A stretch of DNA of 51,671 nt from Bigelowiella natans CCMP2755 (GCA_000320545.1 ADNK01000062.1:1-51671), one strand, 5' to 3'. Numbered from the stretch's first letter, positions 11,174 to 24,190 are shown. Numbers and translations: made by a program. Notes: a model not told the origin generated them from the letters alone.

Positions 11174-12656
11174 ATGGTAGACGAAAGCTCCAACCTGGTG
11201 GAAGTCACGGACGTAAGCATCGATTCCGCTGGCGAGGGGCTTGGATTTCAAGACTTTGAACATGGGCAAGACCAAGGTACCCAAATTCTGTTGTTGTTTT
11301 TGAATTATGCCGTGATGGCGTGTGGATTTTGCAGGGAATGATTTTGATGAGGACGACGATGAAGAACTCCTGAAGAATGTGATTTCCAACGTCTCCAAGA
11401 AGAATGCGCACTTATTGTACTTAATTGCTGTGATAGAGAGGTTATGGAAGTTCGAACGAGACCAAGAATCCCAGCTGCTGCTCTCTAGCATACTACAAAC
11501 AATTCTTTAACGTTACCTCTACTCAGGTTTGTTTGATGAATTATTTTAAAATGAAGAAGTTATAAGTTACCCCCGTCTTCAGATTGTGCGCAGATTGATC
11601 CGCTCCATAGATGTTCGTCCAGATGCACCATTATTTTATGTTGACGACTCGAAGCCAGACATGTAAAAAATATAATTATTTTGATAGAGCAGTCAATTTC
11701 ACTCCTTCCTTTTCTTCCTAACATCTCCCAGGTATGGACCATTTTGGGTGTGTACTACCCTTGTCTTCTTAATGGCAGCAACAGGAAATGTGGCTCACTA
11801 CATTGAAAGTTCCAAGAAGGAACTCTGGAAGTATTCTTTTCAAATCACTCATATCATTGACCTTGCACTCACCAGGAAACTTCTTGTAGATATGATTCCC
11901 GAAAGCTCACAACTGCTGCATGGATATTTTATTCATCAATATCGATCATTCCTATTGGCGTATGGTTTGCACTTGGCCACTTAAATCATGCGAAATCTCT
12001 TATAGAGGTGGGACACTCTCGCTATTTAACTGTACGCAAAAATATTCATACTGAAGGCTGATTCACATGTAAAATCTTTATCATTAGGTGATATCCATCT
12101 ATGGATATTCACTGTTTGTGTTCATTCCTACGTGCGTCATCTGTGTCTTTCCCAGTGAAGCCCTCCGATGGACATGCGTAATTTTGAGGTTGTCAATTGC
12201 CAGCAGTCCTGCTATTATTATGGTTATTATTAATAGGGTGTTACTTTGTTATTCAGCTTTTTAACGTCATCAATATTCATCGTGAGGAACCTGGGCAACT
12301 TGGTAGTTGGTTTTTGTCATTCACTTTGCATGAATCCTTAAGATTTCTATTCCAGGTGATAATCCGAAATCCAGAACGAAATCGAAGCACCAAGACGAAA
12401 GGTGAAAATAGTAGTTGCCATTGTACTTAATTCATGCTCTCTACCAAAGCATTTCTACTACATCCACACATCCCTAATGCTGTCGGCATAACGAAAAAGT
12501 AGTTCTCTGACACTGTGCATTTATGAGTCTGCGCATTACACCAGAACACATTAACATCTGTTTCTTCTATAACAAGGTTACATACTACTGGGCGTAATTC
12601 TGTTTTGCCATGCTGGGATCGCACTGTTGATGAAGATGTATTTCTTCGAATATTAG
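11174..12656 (+). CDS. YIPF1: Yip1-domain Golgi membrane protein, YIPF1/YIPF2-like
   Basis: Spliced exons give SLAYYKQFFNVTSTQ|IVRRLIRSI, PDM|YGPFWVCTTLVF..TGN, WK|YD, ISIYGYSLFVFIP, LRW and C-terminal CHAGIALLMKMYFFEY*, all characteristic of YIPF1/2. Confidence 0.88.
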
Positions 12657-12779
12657 TTTAATACAAATTTCAGGATGGTTTGAGAAGGTCATGAATGTGA
12701 CACATGCAAAACTGTTGCAGTTTATTTATCCTCATTAGGCGAACTTAAGGATCTTGATCATTCTGACTGTTTTTTGTGA

Positions 12780-14100
12780 GCATCCATAATTGTGAGCGTA
12801 AACTTGCAAGGGCCTGCAGCCTGCTCTAGTGCTAGCCTGCATGGCAGTAGGTGCAGAGGTGCTCTAGCACTGTGCGATGATGTGACGCGGCAGTGAAATC
12901 ATCATGTTGGCATGCAGAGCGGCCGCAACCGCTAGACCGGGCTGTTGTCCTTGATCTGCTGGTCAACTAGTCCGGGTAACTCCAGAAATTGCGTGCTTTG
13001 GCGGAATCGGTGACATGTCATTGACACTGATTTTTGATCGCTAGATCATGCCGCGGTGACATGGCGTGATGGCTAGGTAGGACGTACTGAGATGCTGCGC
13101 ACAAGTGCAGGTGCTCACGCATAGGCACGTGCGACACGTTGGAACTGACAGTGCACAACAGTGCTTTTCGCAACACAACTAGCACAACGTGTCGCTTTTT
13201 GTGACACAGTGACTCGCTCCTAGACTGGCACAGTGGGTTTTGAGTGTTGGATTTGACTCCACTGGCAAAGCATCCAACATGACGTTGTTAGCTGCTGATG
13301 ATGCTGGTCAAGAATTCCAGATTTGACCATTATTCCAGGCTTGAGGTCACCAGAAATGATGACTCCACTAGTCCACACCAGCACCTCTAGACCTAGCTGG
13401 CAGCACAGGCATTGCGAGACGATGCGCTGCAAGTGAAGTCTAGTCAAATGACTATCTGTGTCATTCTAGCACAACATTCTCATGCACGTGCGTGAACAAA
13501 ACTCGTTGTGTCGCATGAGCACCGTGTTTCCACATGTTGGTGCCATGTTCGCCCATCCTGGCATCGGACGCTGTGACACGCACGCAAGTGCACAGGACAT
13601 CGCAGCCTTCACGTGCAATCCACGATCGACCATGCAACTGGCACAATCCAGTGCACACACAATGCACCAGCAGTGGACAGACGACTGGCTCATGGGCTGA
13701 GTCCATCCAATCCACCTCTAGACCCAGCCATGTCCATCGTTCTGGCGTTGTCTAGTTGTTTGTGATTGTCACCGATGAGTGGACCATTTTCAGACAGGGA
13801 CCCCAAATTTCCTTTGGACGCATTTTTGAGCAAGACCATATTTTTGTCAGCAAAAACAGCAGTCAAATGCATCTTGTGCACCTTGAAAAAACTCGACGTG
13901 TTCACGATCACTGCGCCCGCCTAGCCGCCTAGCTCGAGGTGGGTGCCTGCCTGCACGCACATCATTTTCAAGCAGAGCTGAATAGGAAAGGTTTCTGATG
14001 ACCAAGTGCGCAACATTCATGCCCTGCTTGCCTACCGGTGTTTGCTCGTGTTGCTACTTGCTACTGCCACTGTGGTGTCTGGCTTGCAATGAGGGGTCGG
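12780..14100. repeat. TpA-depleted, TG/CA-rich intergenic island (probably decayed repeat DNA)
   Basis: Hand count for 13461-13980: 6 TpA in 520 bp, 5 of them in CTAG. Overlapping short ORFs on both strands are Cys/His-rich and essentially Tyr-free. Boundaries are approximate. Confidence 0.7.
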
Positions 14101-14294
14101 CGGGTCTCCTTTCCGGTCATCGGCGAGAGAAGAAAGATTAATCCTATTGCTGGATTTTGGCATTTTTTTTGTCAAATAGATGTGATTTTTGTGTGACGAC
14201 TGAGTGTCTTGTTGCTTTTTAACACATCACTGGTTCTATTCGTACTCGTAGAAAATTCCCAAAACTCATCACAAATCACAATCACGGAAATGCA

Positions 14295-15635
14295 ATGGTG
14301 ATGAGCAGCGCACATAACAATGAAGAGATTCCATTATGCATTGAATGGAAGAAGACACCTGCATTAAAGATTGGACACAAAAAGGATTCAAACATCGAAT
14401 GGAAGAAAGAACCTGCACTGAAGACTGTGCATAAAAAAAATTCAAACGTGAGGGATGCAAGCAGTTTCGATGTGCATCAGGAAGATTTCTATTCTGACGA
14501 TCGAATGAAAGAACTATTCAAGAAAGCCTCTCTCGAAGATTATCTACAAGAAACGATTGATATGAAGATTACGATTCCTGAAATGTTCATGTTTGATCGC
14601 AGAGACTATGCTAATCGATTTCCTTACATCAAGCCAGGTGACGTAGATACATTTTCCATTGGGGCAACTTTAACTGTTACTCTTTGGTAGGACACAGAGC
14701 AAAACTTAAGAGAGCGGTGAATCGTCTGAAAGCATTGCGTTACTCATGCCTCCTGGACATCAACCCAATATCACTTGATGATGAATTCTCGCATATGGAA
14801 GTGAGAAACCACATGAAATGGAAAAATGCAATTTAATGCTAGTATTTCTTTAGGTTCAAGATGGACACGGCAAAAAAACGAGACTGTAAGATTGACTTTC
14901 ATTGATAAAGTTATTTGTTTGAAAAAAGTTCAACTGTGATTTTCAGCGTACAGGAAAGTTACATGTCATTCTTCAACCACATTTCTCTGAGACATGGCTG
15001 GAGAAAGGTTTTAACATTGTAATTTATAAAACTTATAGATATTCTCATATGAACCAAGAAGTGCCATTTATGTGGCTTATAGATATATTACTTTAGCTTT
15101 TCATATGAACGAAAGGTGCCGTTTGGGAGGCGTGATATAGAGGAGCTTACTCAATGTGCGAGTGAAATCGTTGTGAAGGTTCAAAGTTCAATAATTCTGC
15201 CTGTAAGCCATACAAACGGAATACCTTTACTGTTTAGATTCGTTCTTCTCTAGATGCCAGAGCAAAAGGTATAATATTGCGGAAACTTTCGGGATCATCT
15301 CACGATTACCTATGGGGTATTCAGCACCCACCAAAAGGTATTTTATAAACTTTGAATATCTGGCAGCAGAATTTTGATTACTATTTGCAGGCTCGTCGCA
15401 AACAAGCAAATTTATCAGAAAATTAGTACATGCAACATTTCAAGATGCCACCGGTGGAGTCTCATTTTAGTCTGTGTAGAATTCTTGCTTTTCTCTGCTA
15501 CAACCAATGTTTAATCCCGGTGTGTGTATGTCATATGTGCAAAACATTTACATTATGGTAGGTTATGTGGAAGGGCTTACTGAAGCTGAAATAGATAACG
15601 AGATAAAGTGTTATATTAGTGGCAGCAAATGTTAG
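14295..15635 (+). CDS. SAM-domain-like protein of unknown function, about 8 exons
   Basis: LFKKASLEDYLQETIDMKITIPEMFMFDRRDY...IKPG|HRAKLKRAV resembles a SAM domain. In-frame exons continue to KCYISGSKC* (TAG 15633-15635). N-terminal 18-aa tandem duplication IEWKKxPALKxxHKKxSN. Confidence 0.65.
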
Positions 15636-16505
15636 GTGAATGAAAACTACAAAAACTACTTGACCATGAACCATGCTGTAACTCTTCGTGCATGCACACA
15701 TAGCCCCAGGGTAGCGAATGTGTTCGTATTAACCAGCTTGCCGTATCACACATCGCCATAACACTAGTGACAGCTAGGTCCAGGTTGCACAGACACTTCC
15801 AGACTTAGACATTTGCAGTGAAAAATGTTGCACAGAACATGACACTACATCTAGACATGCGCATTATTTGAGCACACCATCGACCGCATGCAACAAGCTA
15901 GGCTAGCTAGCCTGCTGACTCGGCAACGACTCTGTCTATAGCAGTGGGTGCAATAGTGCAATGCATGTACGTACTCGCGTGCCCAAGAAATTCTGCACTC
16001 ACAGCTTGCATTGCAATCACATTGTTCCACTCATGCAACATGCATGGCTTAAGATGTGACAGCACGAATGTGCCATCAGTCAACAAGCAAATGCGTTCGG
16101 CTTCTTTCAGGATCGATGATGTCCGATCAATGAGCGCCCAAAAAAGAGCCCTATAGGCTACTTGTGTGTACTACACGTGTAGCACATCTGTAGTCATTAC
16201 ACGTGTAGTTACGATAGATCCACATGTACGTAAAATTAATGCAGATGAACGAACAAGTACAGATGTGGTTAAGGGAAGGCACACACAAAGAGCCCTGTAC
16301 TAGTATAGGCTATTTGCCCACCATGTCTAGATGTGTCATAATGATGTAACATTGGTGATATGCAAACAAGAACGTCTGTGCTGGCAGGTACACACCACGA
16401 CATAATCCCAAATGGAGCACGATACCCATGCGTGTGTCTCTGTATGTGTGTCTAGGTGTGTATTGCGCTGATCTGCATGTTGTGCAAACCGGGTCAAATG
16501 AAAAC

Positions 16506-17636
16506 CTATTTACTTGCCTTAGTTTCACGTCGCTTCTTCGCTAATTCTACAGCTTGTGGAAGACTCTTCTCATAGGGTGGATAACAGACCATCTCTTCGG
16601 TAACAATTGCGTCAACGTATTTTGCCGGCGTAACGTCAAAAGCAAAATTGCAAACTGGTACACCCTCGGGAGCGATACAGCCTCCTGTAGAGTCAATTGT
16701 CAACCCTGTTACTTCTTCTCCTCCCCTTTGTTCAATTTCAATCTCATCGCCAGATTTCAAGGTAAGGTCTATGGTACTCGTGGGGCATGCACAGTACACT
16801 TTCACGTTGTTTTCTTTCGCGACAACTGATAAATTGTAGGTTCCAATTTTGTTAGCAACATCGCCATTAGCAGTGACTCTGTCTGCTCCAAATACGCACA
16901 CATCAATTTGGCCTTTACGCATCAAGAACCCGGAAGCTGAATCTACGATAAGATGCTGCGGGATACCAGCCTGTTTCAACTCCCACGCAGTAAGCCGGGC
17001 ACCTTGAAGCCGTGGGCGTGTCTCGTCCACGTAAACATGAATATTTTTCTTCTGCTCTTGTAAGGTATATATGATACCTAAAGCAGTTCCGTAATCCACA
17101 GTTGCTAATCGTCCAGTATTACAATGATGCAACAAATTTGTTGGCTTCTCAGACGTTCCACCAGGGATGAGGTCAGCGCCGAATTTACCCAAGCGCTTAT
17201 TAATCTGTACATCTTCATCGCAGATTCTTTCTGCTTCCACCAACACCCCCTTTCGCAATTCCTCCATTTTCATGCCTTTGGACTTACATGCGCTCATGTG
17301 CTCAAGAATTCGGTGGGTAGCCCAACTCAAGTTAACAGCAGTGGGTCGTGCAGCATCAAGCATCTCTTTTGCCTGCTTCAATTCTTCTAACAATTCCTCT
17401 TCGGTTTTGAAGTCCTTCTTTTGAACAGCCAGGAACATTCCATAAGCACCTGCTGCTCCAATAGCGGGAGCACCTCTGACAACCATAGTGTTGATGCACT
17501 TTGCGGTCTCCTTCACTGTGGAGCAGGTTACGATTTCAAAAGAAGCTGGAAGCTTTGGTTGATCCACCAGGTTCAATTTATCATCCTTCCAAAACACAGA
17601 TCTGAAAAACTTCGAAGTTTGCTTTTGTTCCCCCAT
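16506..17636 (-). CDS. MRI1: Methylthioribose-1-phosphate isomerase (methionine salvage), intronless
   Basis: [67 protein letters not shown] and AFDVTP motifs. First ATG at 17636. Confidence 0.96.
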   Translation of the reverse strand: MGEQKQTSKFFRSVFWKDDKLNLVDQPKLPASFEIVTCSTVKETAKCINTMVVRGAPAIGAAGAYGMFLAVQKKDFKTEEELLEELKQAKEMLDAARPTAVNLSWATHRILEHMSACKSKGMKMEELRKGVLVEAERICDEDVQINKRLGKFGADLIPGGTSEKPTNLLHHCNTGRLATVDYGTALGIIYTLQEQKKNIHVYVDETRPRLQGARLTAWELKQAGIPQHLIVDSASGFLMRKGQIDVCVFGADRVTANGDVANKIGTYNLSVVAKENNVKVYCACPTSTIDLTLKSGDEIEIEQRGGEEVTGLTIDSTGGCIAPEGVPVCNFAFDVTPAKYVDAIVTEEMVCYPPYEKSLPQAVELAKKRRETKASK

Positions 17637-18182
17637 TATTGTTCGACTATCTTCTAAGTGCAACTCTGGCGTTGGTACGGGGGTCGCGTAGTCGTCGTCG
17701 TCAGCCTTTTTAGTTTATATCCTTGGCAGAATCTCCAAAATGCCCACGGTTTCATCACAATTTAATGCACTATGTCATGTCTCTGTGTGAAATTACACAT
17801 TTTTGGGCTGGAACAGGTTGCAGGGTGCAAGAGTTTAGATAAAATAGAGATAAATAAAATCCTAATTATTCCCACCTAATAACATTCAAAACAACCGAAA
17901 TTGAAGAAGAAGGAAGGGACAAGAGTCTCGATAAAATAGGGATAAATAACCTCCTTCCTATTCACTCTTAATACCATTGAAAATAACCAAAGTTGAAGAA
18001 GAAAGAAAGAATCGATGAGCATGGATAAAACAAGGATAAATAAGTTTCTACCTGTTATTTTCTTCAGGAAATGGAATAACCGATGGTCACAGGAAGGCTG
18101 TCTCAGGCCTGCTCGTTTTGACTTTTTTGTCCTATCCCCCAAAAGATGGAGCGATAGGGTGAACTACGCATGAAGGAAAGGA

Positions 18183-18964
18183 ATGCAAACAAAGAAAGGG
18201 CTTGCTTTTTCAGCCTTGCCGAATGCGGTGATGGTTTTGTTACTCGGAGGGGATTGTGTTGCATCCGGGGTGGACATGGAGCAACGACTTAAACGCGTTC
18301 GATGCTTTGAATGTGGGAAAACTTGCTACAGAGGCAATCTTAGGAGACACCAAATCTCCATTCATCGTAATGTAAGGTATACTGCCAAGAATTTACCTGT
18401 CTTTTGACGACGACGGTACTAATGATGAAAAGCAGGTACAATTGCTCGCTATGTCAAAGGGACTTCGGACTCAATCAATCCTTGAAGAGACACTTGAAGA
18501 ATGTAAAATATTAGCCACGTTGTTGCCTCATAAAATCGATCATTTTTGAATAATTCACAAATAATGCATAGGTGCATAGCCGTGCCTCCCAATCTCACAC
18601 ATCAGGTCGCAACGCAACGAGCAGGACATCAGGATTTACCTCAAAGTTTAAGGGAGTATCGAGATATATATCCCCAGTAATGGTTACACATCTCACTTTG
18701 AATTAAATTGTTCATGAAATTTTATATGTCGGCAGTCAGGAGTCCTTTCTTGGAGAGCGCAAGTGTCTATCAATGGGGAGAATATGTATCTCGGACTCTT
18801 TCCTTCAGAAGAGATGGCATACGCGTAAGCGATCAAGATATAAAAATGACGTGCCTACCATTACAATTTAAGCAACCTTATGAGAAGTGAAATGTATATC
18901 GTTTCTCAGGGAATACCTCAGTGAACTCCAACGAATTAGAAATATGACGAATGAAAACGAATAA
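18183..18964 (+). CDS. Two C2H2 zinc fingers plus AP2/ERF DNA-binding domain, with hydrophobic N-terminus (5 exons)
   Basis: CFECGKTCYRGNLRRHQISIH; CSLCQRDFGLNQSLKRHLKN|VH; AP2 signature SKFKGVS...|SGVLSWRAQVSINGENMYLGLFPSEEMAYA|EY; stop TAA at 18962-18964; exon phases are compatible. Confidence 0.82.
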
Positions 18965-19419
18965 TGAATATCACAGTCGATTGTCACTGTTGTGGACAAT
19001 TATTGACCGACTTGCGTGCGCCAGTGCTATTTCTTTGAAGTTTGAGCAGGAGCGATACTGGTAATCGATTCTGGTCACTGCCACCGCTGAATGCGACATT
19101 GATTAAGATAGGACAGTAAAACTCAGAGTTCTAGGCTCATTGTAACTGTTCCAATGCAAGTTGCTAGGTCATTCTATAATTCGTGTCGCTAGTGTGCGGC
19201 TGTGGAGGGATGCAGGGATGGCATATGATGTGCCTATTACCACTAAAACACTGCCAGTTTGAATTGGTAGTGAATTCTCGTTATTACACATGTTGCATAC
19301 AAACGCCTTGGGCTCATGTACAGCGCATTCAAGGATAGCAGACTTGTAGCAGATAGGCATGCACATTGTGTACAAGCTAAGTCATTGTTGCTGCCTGCAT
19401 TATGTATCATTGCTGCACA

Positions 19420-20050
19420 AGCTAGCAAGATGGAACAGTCCTGGCGGGAAGATGTTCTCTAGCTCATCACAATGTCATTGACACATCTCATCGCGCGCAT
19501 TCATCGTTCGTTGTTCATTGTCGTCGCGAGCATTACCATCGGAAGCTGTTTGATCCGGTCTAGCGGTTGTCATTGTGGTGATGCATGCAACATCAGACAG
19601 CATGTTCCCAGCTCTAGAACTACATACACGTGGTGGACAGGTTGGCAGGGCAGAATGAAGTTGACATGTTTTCCATGTGTTTCTTGGTCGTCTGCGCAGA
19701 TGTGGTCCATGTCCAATGCACACGTGCATTGTCCACCACTAGACCATGCTAGCATGCTAGCATGCTAGCATGCTAGCATGGCTGGCAGCATGACTAGATG
19801 GCCTAGCATGTCGCACCATCGTACAAAAAAACAGAACAACAGCGGGTTGAAGCACAAGTGCAGCAACCACAACACTGCTTACCTGCATGTTCAGACAAAT
19901 CTAGATCACCGACATCGTCATCACAAGAATGTGACTTTCCATCACACGCATCATCTGCAGCTTTCAGAAAAAGGTTGAAGGAACAGATGGGCGACCAGAC
20001 GCGCATGTCGCAGATTTAGACACTCAATGCATGTTTTTTCAACATGATGA
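19420..20050. repeat. TpA-depleted island between convergent genes, containing a perfect (CATGCTAG)4-CATG palindrome at 19745-19780
   Basis: Only about half a dozen non-CTAG TpA in ~600 bp, versus about a dozen CTAG; CpG retained. Confidence 0.7.
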
Positions 20051-20146
20051 AGCATTTACACACTGCTGCTATCACTTTTACCTTAGCGTTTGTGGCATTG
20101 ACATAATGAAGTGCAAAATTCTTCATTGACGATTGATAACAATAAT

Positions 20147-23100
20147 TTAAACTTCATCAAAGCTCAATCTTGAACTCACCTGCGGCAGCATAGCTTCATC
20201 TGGAACTGTTCCATCATCAGTTACTCGAGACATGGAATCTTCAGCAGGTTGCCGCAGTTTTTTTTTGTGATTTCTTGGAGGTGGTGGTGGCGGCATTTTG
20301 CGATGCTGAACAGGATAATCCGTTTCAGCCTTTGATGAGCGTTGCAGAGTGGACAACGATGACTTGAGACCATACGAGGGATTGCCTTGAATCAATGAGG
20401 GCACTTCATTGCCACCAGGTACGAATCTTGAGTTTGAAAGGAACTTTGTTTCGTTTCCAACGTTGGAAGATAGCGTAAGTCTTTCTACGGGAAATGTAAA
20501 GGAGCTTTTTCTTCGATGATGATGTGGTGCACGCTTGCCAACATTTGCTTCACGGTGAGAACGATGTGTTCTCATTCCTTTTGCTTTTGGTATCTTGGGA
20601 CTATGACCACTGTTGCTCCACGTCGGCGACACAGGAGAAGCAGGTGTTACCATGGTAGACGATGACACGGGTGATTCAGGTACAGTGATCATTGTGAGAG
20701 GGAAAGATGACACAGGCAGTGTTGGCGAAGATCTCCCGCTCCAAGGCGTGTGGAGATTTCTTCCACTGGTGCTCAATGGTGACACTGGGCGATGATCATG
20801 CGTACTTCCTCGAGGGGTTGATGCATTCGAAGGTGGTGTGCCTGGACGATACTGTGGGTCCGCCAAGTAATTGGTATAGTTCTTATTCATAATTAATCGG
20901 CTCTTCATAGTCGAGTTAGCTGTGCAAGTGTTTGGAGAGGCTGGAGACGGGCAAGAAGCAACAGAATAGGCGACAGACTTGCCGTCGTCCATGGGAGATC
21001 GAGATTCAGCCAAGACGATTGCCATCGAAGCACAATCAAGCTAATCATCATTTGTAGTTGTTGATGTAAGTAGTAGTGGTTTCACCCAAATTTAAAAAGA
21101 AAGTGCATGGGTTTGGTATTAAGGATCATTAATATAACATGTGACAGGCACATTAGATTTCTCTGTCATTCGCAATCTATTTACAACATCATAGTGTGCC
21201 ATATCGAGAAAAAGTACCTTTCTATAAGCTTTATCTAGCCATGTATGTGCAACCTTCCAAGTAATATTTGTCATCAATCTAACTTCATCCCAAATGCTCA
21301 GAGGAAATTTAAGTCAGACTTTTACTGATGAAGTTTCTCCATCGTATTCCTGCACATGCTTTCGCATCTAATTTGAGGTTATTAAGCTTGCGAACGGTAT
21401 ATTGTAACGGCGTTCTACCTCCATAGCAAGATTTATGATCTCATCCAGTTTGCCCAAAGCATCAACCTTCACCTTGAATGACGAATCATCTTGAATTAGG
21501 CTGTAACAAAAGTTACCTCGGTTATCTTTACACATTTACCGCACTCATAGAGACAAGTAATCCTTCTGAATTTCTGCGAGCTTCCAAAAGATCATTCGGA
21601 TTTCCCTGTATCAGCAATATTTCATGCTCTTACATTTTCTTGGGTTAGTTTTTAAGTATGCGGTACATTTTCTGCCTCCATCCATTCAGATCTGAGAACC
21701 TCACGATTTCTTGAGACCCTAAAATAGTTTTTCAGATTATGAAATTAAAACTGCATTATTTCTTTTAGAGCTATAGGCTCACTCTCCCCGACGGTTCTTG
21801 CTGTCTTGATCTTTCAGAGCAATGGACATTGTATTTAAAGACATCAAACGCCTGCGGTTCTTTAAATTCAATATATTTCGCATTCCTTTTGTACTTGTTA
21901 ACACAGACGACAGCGAAGTAGAGGTTTCAGTTCCGGGTGTTAAACCTTTGGATATTTGTGGCTGCAAATATCGTTGAGATAGAAATTTTTTAATGAATTC
22001 ATGGCATTTGGATCATCACAAATAACTAAATTCTCACATACAAAAAACAGGAAACAGTAACTATGAGAGCAAAAAAATTGTAAAATAATTTCAGAGAGAC
22101 ATAGACTCAAAGTAACATAAATTACGCTGTCTGTCGGATCAACGAACAAGTGTTTTCTGCCGTCTTCTGTAATTTGGGACGAAACACTTATGTTTCTGTA
22201 TCTTGTGTGGCCCTAGATTTCCATGTATGAAAATATCAGTTTTGGATTTTCGAACTTGTGACGTAAACTAACCATTATTTTGGGAGCTTGTATGTAGATA
22301 GAGGACGGAGTTGGTAAAGGTCTTGGACGCCTATACATCATTCTCAAGTGATAGGTAAATGGTACTGAGTACAAATTTTACCTTGAGGTATCCCATCGGC
22401 GATACAAAGGTAGAAAAAGTACAAAGACCCCTGGAGAATAATTTGCTTTGAGTACCTAATGAAAATGGAATATCTGTGCTATTACTTCCCAAAGGTAAAT
22501 GCTAAGACCTCAGTGTCTGATGATGCCTTAAAGTTTTCATTCTTGAATTTGGAGCTATTGCACAACAACTGCCATATTGACAAGCTTCGACTTCGAATTT
22601 TAGTTCTAGATCTCTCAGCCTAAATAATGAATATCGCTGCAACTATTCTGTACTAACAACGAATAACACCATACCTCGCTATCACAGAGGAAATTCCCAA
22701 AGATACAAGAATGCACATGTTCCGCCAATCCGGACAGGAATTCAGCGTTGAACTACACCACATATTTCATAGCAAACGTGATAAACAGGTACTTGTGTAG
22801 GTGGGGTGTTTCAACCTACCTCAAAAGACTCTGGAAATTGGTGCAATAATTGATATACACAATCAAGCCACTGAATAAAAACTGGACTTCGCTAATTCAA
22901 ATTTTACTCATTTTATTGAATGTTGTACGGCAGAGCAAAATGTCTTTTGTCCGATAAAGATAACCTGGGTATCACCAACTTTCTTCCTTTTGTTTCCATG
23001 CCCATATCGCCGAGCAAACTTGTGACCTTCAATACATTAAATTAATTGATACTCTTCTAGAATAACTTCAATAACCAATCGTACCAAACGAAATCCATTC

Positions 23101-24151
23101 TTTCTCTATCAGGTACGCCATCCCATGCATAGTACGGTAGTATGGGTCAAGAAGGATTTGTGCTAGAGCGGAAACCTTTTTATCTCACAATAATTAGTTT
23201 CTTCAAATTTGAATTTCCATCAGAACTATTCAAACCTGAGGAGTTCGATCCCAACCATCAGAGCAATGAAGAACTACACTGGACTGTTTTTCGATGATGA
23301 CTTCCACAATCCTATCAGATTTTCATATTACCTAATCGCAATCTTCGGAACCCTTAATTTGACCTTACAGCCCCAGCAATTATAGTTGAAAGATGCGAAA
23401 ACCAACTCGCGTGTCCACCAGATAACGTTTTAATAATTATTTTGTATCTGATATGAAGTCATGCCATGTAGAAATACCAAGTGGGCAATCAGAAATCAAT
23501 ATTGAATTTGTAGTCATGCTTCACCTATTGGTTGCGACATTGCTGCTTTCAGTGCTGCCTTGAATGACGGCTGGTCTTCCCTTTTCACTCGGTAGATTGT
23601 CGAAAAGCTAGTGCGAAGAAGATATTTTGATATTTTAAAAACTGTTTCAACAAATTTAGCCTGTTTTTCCATGCATTAGTTTGCTAATTAGCTCATTTCA
23701 CCGATTTTAGTTCCTTGAAAGAATCCCGCACTACATGGATGTTCTCAATGTTCAAGAAATCTATTGAGCTTATTTTCAAAAATATTAGTATCAGCTACAT
23801 ATAATTTATTTCACGATGTAGAAGCGTAATACCAGTTCTTGTAATAAGACCTAACATTACACACAATTACATACTACACACGTACACATCCAAAAGTAAA
23901 GTTCTACTTCGATTCCCAGCCTCCTCCTCGAGCTAAATTTGCTATTGCGTTGGCCTATGAAAGTGATGTTATTTATCTTCTGCGCTTTCAAAATCCTATA
24001 TTTATATGTAACATATTCTTATTAAAAAATTTTTATTAGCATGCCTTTGGTCTGCAGTCCAGAATGTACACAGTCTTAGTTTCCGAACTTTTAGAGTTCA
24101 CAGATCTTCCAATAATTTCTATCAAATGATGAATTAAATTTAAAATATAAA

Positions 24152-24190
<39 letters not shown>

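Noticed and set aside
11322-11510. Apparent in-frame TAA suggesting a pseudogene or stop-codon reassignment
   Set aside because: An intron (AAT|GTGATT...GATAG|AGA) shifts the frame and restores the conserved YIPF motif YYKQFFNV. TAA, TAG and TGA all serve as real stops elsewhere in the window.
13220-13911. Short ORFs with GDLKPG (kinase- or EF-like) in the island
   Set aside because: No supporting motifs in the right order; TpA depletion removes TAA/TAG stops and inflates spurious ORFs.
12780-14100. CpG-methylation decay or classical RIP as the cause of the TG/CA excess
   Set aside because: CpG remains common and TpA is lost rather than gained, contrary to both mechanisms.
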